Of a DNA stretch of 12,706 nt, positions 6,143 to 12,706 are shown piece by piece; the first letter of the stretch is position 1; every line of letters begins with the position of its first letter. The notes below the pieces were generated by a model. It was not told the DNA's origin and made no database searches. It worked only from the letters and a program-made list of their open reading frames with translations. The DNA comes from an uncultured bacterium (GTDB taxonomy: Bacteria; Abyssobacteria; SURF-5): NCBI GenBank assembly GCA_964510165.1, contig CAZEBC010000122.1:1-12706 (forward strand). The letters run 5' to 3'. Made by a program: the position numbers and the translations under genes.

Positions 6143-7738
6143 ATGCACAAGATTCTCGTTGTCGATGACGAACTCAGCGTCCGCGAATCCATCCGCATCA
6201 TCTTGAAAGACAGCTATGACGTGATCCTGATGGATTCCGGCGAAGCCGCAATCGAATATCTCAAATTCAACGACGTCGCCCTCGTGTTCCTGGACATCCT
6301 CATGCCCGGCATCTCGGGACTCGAAACGCTCAAGGTCATCAAAGCTCGCAAGAGCCCTCCCGAGGTCGTCATCGTCACGGCCACGCGCACTGTCAAGAAC
6401 GCCGTCGATGCCATGAAACACGGCGCCTTCGAGTATGTCACCAAACCCTTCGATGTCGATGAACTCAAGCTCATCGCCGAACGCGGAATCGAGAACCGGC
6501 GCCTTGTCCAGGAATGCGCGTCGCTCAAGGCTCAGATGGAGGAGGAGAAAAACCGCTTCTACAGGGAACTCGAGGGAAAAGTCCGCGAACGTACCCTCGA
6601 GCTCGAAGAGACAAACAAGAAGCTCCGTGAAACCCACGAGCAGCTTGTCCGCTCCGAAAAGCTCGCGTCACTTGGAGAACTCGTGGCCGGAGTCGCCCAC
6701 GAGCTCAACAACAAGCTTCTCCCCGTCCTCGCATATGCCCAACTCCTCAAAGAACAGAAATTCCCCGACAACATCCTGCGCTACATCGACACCATCGAGC
6801 GCTCAGCCTCCGGCGCCGCTTCGGTCGTCAGTTCCCTCCTTAACTTCGCCCGACCCTCCAGCACCACCCGCTATCCCGTCGACCTCAACGCCACCATGCG
6901 CGAAACCCTCGCGCTTCTCGACTACAAGATTAAGGCCGGCAATGTCAAGGTCGCTGTCCAACTTGACGACCGTTTACCGCTCACCATGGCCGACGAGAAA
7001 CAGATAGCACAAGTGTTCCTCAATATCATAAATAACGCCTTCCAGGCCATGGAACCTCGCGGAGGAAACCTGACAATCCGCTCCGCAAAAGTCGGCAACC
7101 AGATGGAATTCTCCATCTCCGACACCGGATGCGGCATCCCTGAGGAGCACCTCATTAAGATATTCGACCCCTTCTTCTCCACCAAGGGATCGGGAGGAAC
7201 CGGCCTCGGACTCAGTGTCTCGCACGGACTCATAAAGGCTCATCAGGGCGAGATCAATGTGAAAAGCAAGAAGGGCGAGGGCACTACCTTCATAATCAAA
7301 CTGCCCATAACCAAGACCGTCAAGAAGGAGGACGCCAAGGTCGAAACCGCTCCTGCGGAGACCGACAAGAAAAGGCGCCGGGTGCTCGTGGCCGAGGACG
7401 ATCCGGAATGCAGGTCCGTCATCAGTGACATATTGCGAAACGACCATATGGTCACCGCAGTGGGCAACGGCGAGGAAGCCCTCACCAAACTCGCCAAAGA
7501 AACCTACGACCTCCTCATCGTCGACTGCAAGATGCCCGGCTTCACCGGCGTCGAACTCTATAAGTGGCTGCTCAAAAATAAATCCGAGCTGCAAAGGAAA
7601 GTCGTGTTCATCACCGGGGTCTTCTTCGTTCCCGAAATACGCTCATTCATCGAGAGCACCGGATGCCCTTATATCGTCAAGCCGTTTGCGCTGGAAGACC
7701 TCAAACATACGGTCAATATGGCCCTGGCCAACTCCTGA
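6143..7738 (+). CDS. Hybrid histidine kinase/response regulator HK3: REC - coiled coil - HisKA - HATPase_c - REC
   Basis: Start placed at the ATG at 6143 (MHKILVVDDE), 1 nt after the HK2 stop and downstream of AAGGA. Canonical REC (VDDE, FLDILMPG, TKPF), H-box VAHELNNKL, NIINNAFQA, DTGCGI, FDPFFSTK, GTGLGL. C-terminal REC (AEDD, VDCKMPG, ITG, VKPF). Confidence 0.95.
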   Translation: MHKILVVDDELSVRESIRIILKDSYDVILMDSGEAAIEYLKFNDVALVFLDILMPGISGLETLKVIKARKSPPEVVIVTATRTVKNAVDAMKHGAFEYVTKPFDVDELKLIAERGIENRRLVQECASLKAQMEEEKNRFYRELEGKVRERTLELEETNKKLRETHEQLVRSEKLASLGELVAGVAHELNNKLLPVLAYAQLLKEQKFPDNILRYIDTIERSASGAASVVSSLLNFARPSSTTRYPVDLNATMRETLALLDYKIKAGNVKVAVQLDDRLPLTMADEKQIAQVFLNIINNAFQAMEPRGGNLTIRSAKVGNQMEFSISDTGCGIPEEHLIKIFDPFFSTKGSGGTGLGLSVSHGLIKAHQGEINVKSKKGEGTTFIIKLPITKTVKKEDAKVETAPAETDKKRRRVLVAEDDPECRSVISDILRNDHMVTAVGNGEEALTKLAKETYDLLIVDCKMPGFTGVELYKWLLKNKSELQRKVVFITGVFFVPEIRSFIESTGCPYIVKPFALEDLKHTVNMALANS

Positions 7739-7796
7739 CGCCCAAACTGGCGGCCAAGCCGTTTCGACATGCGGTTGTGCGAATCTATGGATTCTT

Positions 7797-7878
7797 GTAG
7801 GCGTAGGCCTTGCGCCTGCCCAATTGCTGACAATCGCAACCCCTTGTAAGGGCGCCACGCCCAGGCGTGGTTGCGCCC
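7797..7878 (+). repeat. Pair of REP-like GTAG/GTAA-headed palindromes
   Basis: CTT-GTAG-GCGTAGGCCTTGCGCCTGCCC (7797-7821) and CTT-GTAA-GGGCGCCACGCCCAGGCGTGGTTGCGCCC (7846-7878). Each is a tetranucleotide head plus a GC-rich hairpin ending in GCCC, in the same orientation, 49 bp apart. Confidence 0.5.
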
Positions 7879-7921
7879 GTATTAAGTTACATTAAGCTTC
7901 GATCCGCTGACAGGTTCTCGG

Positions 7922-10255
7922 ATGCATACAGCTTATCTCCCAGCAAGACTGGCGGGCAGGTATCCCAAGATCATACTTGTCTTCTCGTTCCTGCTGACGT
8001 TGCTGCTTCTCGCCGGCATACCGAAACTCAAGATGCGCCCCTTCTTCGAGGGCGACTTGCCGGCGCACGACCCCATCATACGCGCCAACGAACACTACAC
8101 CGCGTATTTCGGCTCCGATGAAAAAGCCTATCTCGCGCTGGTGAGCGACAACATCTATAACCCTTCCACCCTTGCGAAAATCACCGCCATCACCGAGGAA
8201 CTCAACCAGCTCGACGACGTCCTCACGGAGCAAACGCTCAGCCTCGCGACGGCAAGAAAGGTGAAATGGCGTGAGTGGGGCCTCGACATCCGAAAGTATC
8301 TGACCCCGCTTCCGACCACCCCCGAGGAAATAGAGCGCCTCCGTCAGGACGTCCGCCTCGACAAGGACATCCATGGCCGGCTCGTCTCGAACGATGAAAA
8401 GGCCGCGCTCTTCGCAATCAAGCTCGACCCGGGATATGACCATCGCAAACTCCATTCCTCGCTCTACTCGATCGCCCAAAAGTATTCCGGCCCCGAACAC
8501 ATCTATCCCTTCGGACACCAGATCATGAACGAGGAAGCCAACCAGGGCATGCGGCACGACCTGATGGTGCTCGGGCCGGCGGCCCTCCTATCAATGGGAA
8601 TAGGCATCTTCATCTTCTTCCGCTCCGTCAGGGTTACGCTCGGCCCGGTACTGGTCATCATTATGAGCATCATTTGGACTTTCGGGTTGATGCGCTGGCT
8701 TGGATTGCCCATATCGGTCCTCAGCTCCTCAATGCCTCCAATGCTCATCGCTATAGGCAGTTCCTATGCAATCCACGTGCTCTATGGCTGCAAGGAAGCC
8801 TCTTCCGGGATGACCCCAAAAGAACGAGTGGCCGAGGGAGTGGCAAGGACTACCTCTCCCATACTGCTCGCCGCCCTGAACTCCATGGTCGGCTTCGCAA
8901 CACTGGTCACCTTCAAGGTCCTTTCCATACGGGAATTCGGGCCATGCGTCGCCTTGGGCGTGGCGCTCGCCGCAGTCTTTTCTTTGATCGTCCTACCCGC
9001 AATTTTGACGCTGCAGAAGAGTTTTCTGGAGGATTCGCGGCGCAGTCGAATATGGTCATTCGACGCCGTCCTCGCCGACTTCGCTGACGCCCTCACCAGA
9101 CACAAGTACCTCGTCGTCGGAATTGTCTTGCTTCTTCTGGTCGTCTCTGCGGCGGGCATCATGAGACTCAAGGTCGGCGTTGTGCCCGAGGAAATATTCC
9201 CGCCCGGCCACCGGGCCCGGCACACCATCTCCGTGTTCACCCGGTATTTCCAGGGACCCTACAATCTAAACGTGATGATCACCGCAGAGCGCCCCGACGG
9301 ACTTAAGTCCCCCGAAGCGCTTAAGGAGATAGAGAAATTCCAGAAGTTTGCGGAAGAACTCCCCCGCGTGAAGTATGCCGCCTCTATCGTGGATATCATC
9401 AAGAGGATGAACCGCATACTAAACGAGGATGACCCGGCCTATGACACTCTCCCGGACAGCGAGGAGATGATCGCTCAACTCCTGCTCCTCCATTCCATCA
9501 CGCAGGAGCCCGTCCAGTTCAGCAGCCTGATAGACTACGATTTCCAGCGGTGCAAGGTAAGCATCTCAACCACTACAATCGACAGCATCCAACTGGAAGA
9601 CATCTACTATCGCCTGCGGCAGTATGCGGACGAAAACATGGGGGCGGGACTAAAAGCCGATTTCGGCGGGCGAAGCATGGTCTGGATTGCCCAGAACCAT
9701 TACATCATCCGCGGAAAGATAATCAACATTATCACGAGCACCTTCGTCATCTGGGCAATCTGTGCTCTCGCCTTCCGCTCCATAGGCGTGGGACTCATAA
9801 GCATTGTCCCCCTGTCGTTCGCGACTATCATGACATTCGGCGTGATGGGATGGTTCGGCATCAGGCTCGATATGACCACTGCCGTGCTTACCGGCATCTC
9901 GGTCGGCATAGGACTCGATTTCGCCATTTACTTTATTGCGAGACTCAAACGCGCCATGCTCAACGCCGACCGCATCGACGAAGCCCTGCGCGCTGCAATG
10001 GGCACCGCAGGAATGGCGATTGTGTTCGACGCCACCGTAAATATGCTCGGCTTCTCCGTGGTCATGCTCTCAGGTTTCACCCCGGCCAGACGACTCGGAT
10101 TCCTCATATGCTTCAACATGCTGGTATGCCTGGCGCTGACCCTGATCATCATCCCGGTGATATTTGCCCTTGTTCCGTTCCCTCTCGCACACATGCGTAA
10201 GGAGGCTCTCTTGCTTCAAAATGAGGAAAGACCGGCGCCCGCCTCAGTCGAATAA
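7922..10255 (+). CDS. MMPL/RND-superfamily transporter (putative lipid or hydrophobic-molecule exporter)
   Basis: 777 aa with two internal repeats, each an N-terminal TM, a large extracytoplasmic loop and about five TMs. Motifs IAIGSSYAIHV and ISVGIGLDFAIYF, SMVGFATL..IREFG, MLGFSVVMLSGFTP..LG. Confidence 0.92.
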   Translation: MHTAYLPARLAGRYPKIILVFSFLLTLLLLAGIPKLKMRPFFEGDLPAHDPIIRANEHYTAYFGSDEKAYLALVSDNIYNPSTLAKITAITEELNQLDDVLTEQTLSLATARKVKWREWGLDIRKYLTPLPTTPEEIERLRQDVRLDKDIHGRLVSNDEKAALFAIKLDPGYDHRKLHSSLYSIAQKYSGPEHIYPFGHQIMNEEANQGMRHDLMVLGPAALLSMGIGIFIFFRSVRVTLGPVLVIIMSIIWTFGLMRWLGLPISVLSSSMPPMLIAIGSSYAIHVLYGCKEASSGMTPKERVAEGVARTTSPILLAALNSMVGFATLVTFKVLSIREFGPCVALGVALAAVFSLIVLPAILTLQKSFLEDSRRSRIWSFDAVLADFADALTRHKYLVVGIVLLLLVVSAAGIMRLKVGVVPEEIFPPGHRARHTISVFTRYFQGPYNLNVMITAERPDGLKSPEALKEIEKFQKFAEELPRVKYAASIVDIIKRMNRILNEDDPAYDTLPDSEEMIAQLLLLHSITQEPVQFSSLIDYDFQRCKVSISTTTIDSIQLEDIYYRLRQYADENMGAGLKADFGGRSMVWIAQNHYIIRGKIINIITSTFVIWAICALAFRSIGVGLISIVPLSFATIMTFGVMGWFGIRLDMTTAVLTGISVGIGLDFAIYFIARLKRAMLNADRIDEALRAAMGTAGMAIVFDATVNMLGFSVVMLSGFTPARRLGFLICFNMLVCLALTLIIIPVIFALVPFPLAHMRKEALLLQNEERPAPASVE

Positions 10256-10279
10256 CTCACGGACCCAACGCCACGGCAA

Positions 10280-10331
10280 GGGGCTGTTGCGGAATACCAA
10301 CACGAAAACGGGAATCCCTTCAAACAGTCCT
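10280..10331. terminator. Imperfect inverted repeat between convergent genes (possible terminator or IS-end remnant)
   Basis: GGGGCTGTT (10280-10288) can pair with AACAGTCCT (10323-10331), including G-U pairs. It lies in the 98-bp gap between two stop codons. The loop is long and there is no clear U-tract. Confidence 0.25.
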
Positions 10332-10353
10332 CAATCCAAAGCCCGCAATTCCT

Positions 10354-11523
10354 TCAGGCCTTCCACACACCCGGTATCGGCGTCTTGCAGTATGCGCAGT
10401 GACCGCCGTCAATCGCAACCTCAAGAATCCTGAAACCCAGACGCTGGATGACCGGCTTCTTGCAATGCGCACAGTACGTCGATTCTCCCTCGTGGCCCGG
10501 CACGTTGCCCACATAGGCGTAATTCAGCCCCTTCTCCATCGCGATCTCCCGAGCCCGCTCAAGCGTGGAGACCGGCGTCGGCGGCAGGTTCTTGATCTTG
10601 TAGGTCGGATGAAACCGCGTGAAATGAATGGGCACGTCGGGGCCGAGTTCATCATGAACCCACGCGCACATCTGCTGGATTTCCTCCTCGCCGTCATTCA
10701 GTGTCGGAATCATGAGCACGACGAGCTCGTTCCACATCTTCTCCCGTCTCAGCACCTTGAGCGTATCGAGCACAGGCCGGAGTTCCCCGCTGCAAATCTC
10801 TTTGTAAAACTTGTCCGTGAATGCCTTCAGGTCCACCTTGACGGCGCTCAAGTGTTCGCATAGCCCGACCATCGGCTTTTCCTCGATATACCCGTTCGAG
10901 ATCATCACGCTCTTCACGCCCTGCTCCCGCGCAAGCTTCGCGGTATCATACATGTATTCGTAAAAAACCACAGGCTCGCTGTAAGTGAACGCAATCGACT
11001 CGATCCCGTTTGACTTTGCCTGCCTGACCACCTCTTCCGGCGGAAAATTAATGCTCCTCACCTGCTCCGGCCTGAACTGCGAGATTTCCCAGTTCTGACA
11101 AAACTTGCACTCGATATTGCAGCCCGCAGTCGCTATCGAGAGCGCCTTTGCGCCCGGCAGAAAATGGAACAACGGCTTCTTCTCGATAGGGTCCACGTTC
11201 ATCGAGCAAACCCGTCCATAAACGAGAGTGCGATACGAAGCGTCGATGTTCTCGCGCACGCCGCAATAGCCGCGCTCCTTTATGGCGACCTTGCATGCCC
11301 TCGGGCAAATCTCGCATTCAATCCGCCCTTCCTCCAGACGCTTGTAATGCATGGCCTCTCGCACAAACGGCTCAGGCCCGACTTCATCCCTCGCCAACGC
11401 CTCGCCAGGGACGCTCGCACCCTCTTCTCTGCCGAGCCACCAATAGGCGGCAAGCCCCCCGCCGACACCTGCCGCCGCCGCTCCCGTCTTCACCAGAAAA
11501 TCTCTTCGAAACATCCCGCTCAT
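10354..11523 (-). CDS. amrS: AmmeMemoRadiSam system radical SAM enzyme with an N-terminal twin-arginine signal/anchor
   Basis: 389 aa. CEICPRAC..GYCGVREN, DPIEKKPLFHFLPG, radical SAM motif GCNIECKFCQNWEISQ, FTYSEP, IHFTRFHP.YK..LPPTP, YVGNVPG..TYCAHC..CAYC. The N-terminus FRRDFLVK is followed by a hydrophobic stretch. The start could alternatively be 11514. Confidence 0.93.
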   Translation of the reverse strand: MSGMFRRDFLVKTGAAAAGVGGGLAAYWWLGREEGASVPGEALARDEVGPEPFVREAMHYKRLEEGRIECEICPRACKVAIKERGYCGVRENIDASYRTLVYGRVCSMNVDPIEKKPLFHFLPGAKALSIATAGCNIECKFCQNWEISQFRPEQVRSINFPPEEVVRQAKSNGIESIAFTYSEPVVFYEYMYDTAKLAREQGVKSVMISNGYIEEKPMVGLCEHLSAVKVDLKAFTDKFYKEICSGELRPVLDTLKVLRREKMWNELVVLMIPTLNDGEEEIQQMCAWVHDELGPDVPIHFTRFHPTYKIKNLPPTPVSTLERAREIAMEKGLNYAYVGNVPGHEGESTYCAHCKKPVIQRLGFRILEVAIDGGHCAYCKTPIPGVWKA

Positions 11524-11538
11524 TCTCGCCGCCGAAAT

Positions 11539-12585
11539 CTATGTGATGACAACCCTTGAAATCCTCTGCATATTGCCGACCCCCAGCCCTCGTCGCTCCG
11601 CCGTGCCGATGTGCTTAGGCTCGCGGCCGACATCCTTCAAAGGAGGCATCCCCGCCTCCTTCCTCTTGCGCTCAATCATATCCCAACCCACACCGTCCAC
11701 GGCCACGGGATCGCGCCCGACAATCAGCGCCCCTGCCGGCCACGCCCATTGAGGCCTGGGAGCCGGGCCGCCGTGATACTGCCCCTTCAGGCCGTCACAA
11801 ATGACGAGCCGCAGCTTTTTCGCCACGAAAGGATGCGCGCACAAGTCGGCCACGTATGGATCGCAATTGTTATCATGATACTTGTTCGGATTGTGGATGG
11901 CCCCATAGAAATTCTTCATCCCGAGCGATACACCCGCAAGGTCGTGATCCTTCAAGACCGGCACGTTTATGAGCGCTGTGCACATCCGCGAGATGATCCG
12001 GCTGAAACAGGAGCCCACCTCGCCCGAAAATTCTATCGAACTCTCATAGCCGACCCCCGCCGAGTCTGTGGCCAATACCCTCGCGCCGCTCAAACCTGAC
12101 ATCCTGAATCCTGCCGACATGAGATCGTGCTCCGTGCGGTCCCACACGACGATTCTTTCCCTGGAAATCCCAGCCGCCGCCAGGCCGTCAACGATCGCGG
12201 TCACAAGCTCCGGATGAGACGACAGCCCGACACCCGCGAGACAGTTGACCTTGATCCCCACGGTGTCGCCGGGCAAGAACATGCTTTTCCACCCCGACCG
12301 CGCGTCGGGTTTGCCCGTCACTGCGGCAATGGATTCATTCAGCAGCGCGCCAACCTCGGAAATCTTCACCTTGCCGTCCCTCTCGGCAGCCGATTCCCGG
12401 CTCGCCACGACCACCTTCGCCTCCGAACCTGAAGCCGCGAAGACAGAAACCGGCGCGCCTTCGCTGTCCGCCGCTCCCGCCCTTGTCTCAGCGGTCGCCA
12501 GCCCGCTCTGTCCCAACATCACCGACGCCGGGACCGATGCAACGTACTCAAGAAATCGCCGACGCGTGTGTCTTAACTTGCTCAT
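11539..12585 (-). CDS. DUF362 domain protein with a Tat signal peptide
   Basis: Start placed at the ATG at 12585 (MSKLRHTRRRFLEYV..GLATA). DUF362-type motifs GDTVGIKVN, SHPELV, INVPVLKDH..AGVSLGMKN.YG, D...GQY.GGP, GRDPVAVD. It ends 15 nt before amrS, consistent with an operon. Confidence 0.88.
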   Translation of the reverse strand: MSKLRHTRRRFLEYVASVPASVMLGQSGLATAETRAGAADSEGAPVSVFAASGSEAKVVVASRESAAERDGKVKISEVGALLNESIAAVTGKPDARSGWKSMFLPGDTVGIKVNCLAGVGLSSHPELVTAIVDGLAAAGISRERIVVWDRTEHDLMSAGFRMSGLSGARVLATDSAGVGYESSIEFSGEVGSCFSRIISRMCTALINVPVLKDHDLAGVSLGMKNFYGAIHNPNKYHDNNCDPYVADLCAHPFVAKKLRLVICDGLKGQYHGGPAPRPQWAWPAGALIVGRDPVAVDGVGWDMIERKRKEAGMPPLKDVGREPKHIGTAERRGLGVGNMQRISRVVIT

Positions 12586-12667
12586 ACGGGAAGATGTCCT
12601 AGCGGGATGCTGTCTATGGACGAATGCTGCATGAAAGAAACACTTTTCTCGGGGACTTCGCACCACT

Positions 12668-12697
12668 ATTCTAACGCCCCAAGCGAGAATATGTCAA
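12668..12697 (-). promoter_or_regulatory. sigma70-type promoter for the DUF362-amrS operon
   Basis: The minus strand reads TTGACA (12697-12692), 18-bp spacer, TAGAAT (12673-12668), about 80 nt upstream of the ATG at 12585. Confidence 0.7.
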
Positions 12698-12706
12698 AGC
12701 CAGCCG

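Noticed and set aside
8746-8778. MMPL first-repeat motif GSSYAIH lacking the Asp of the canonical DY pair
   Set aside because: This position varies in the first repeat of many MMPL-family proteins and the second repeat retains Asp (GLDFAIY); not enough to call the transporter inactive.
12586-12666. 27-codon N-terminal extension of DUF362 in the ORF track
   Set aside because: The GTG at 12666 lies immediately next to the predicted -10 box, upstream of the likely transcription start. Starting at 12585 puts the Tat motif at the N-terminus.
1-12706. CRISPR arrays, tRNA/rRNA genes, transposases, frameshifted pseudogenes
   Set aside because: No regularly spaced repeats, RNA-gene signatures, transposase motifs or broken reading frames were seen by eye; covariance-model searches were not run.

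Overview
GC-rich bacterial chromosomal window with seven intact CDS in two convergent units; the taxon cannot be determined from sequence alone. Plus strand: an AT-rich control region (two near-consensus sigma70 promoters, a terminator-like hairpin between them, and tandem NrdR-box-like operators) precedes a FabF-fold ketosynthase that keeps the catalytic Cys but has lost both catalytic His. Next come three histidine-kinase genes, each separated by one base: a 7TM-GAF-PAS sensor, a paralogous REC-GAF-PAS pseudokinase with His->Gln in the H-box, and a REC-HK-REC hybrid. Two REP-like hairpins and an MMPL/RND lipid transporter follow. Minus strand: a sigma70 promoter drives a Tat-signal DUF362 protein and a Tat-signal AmmeMemoRadiSam radical SAM enzyme (AmrS). 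The best candidate for an undescribed system is the pseudo-ketosynthase + sensor/pseudokinase phosphorelay + MMPL cluster, which may make, export or sense an acyl/lipid signal (inference). No rRNA, tRNA, CRISPR array or transposase was recognised.
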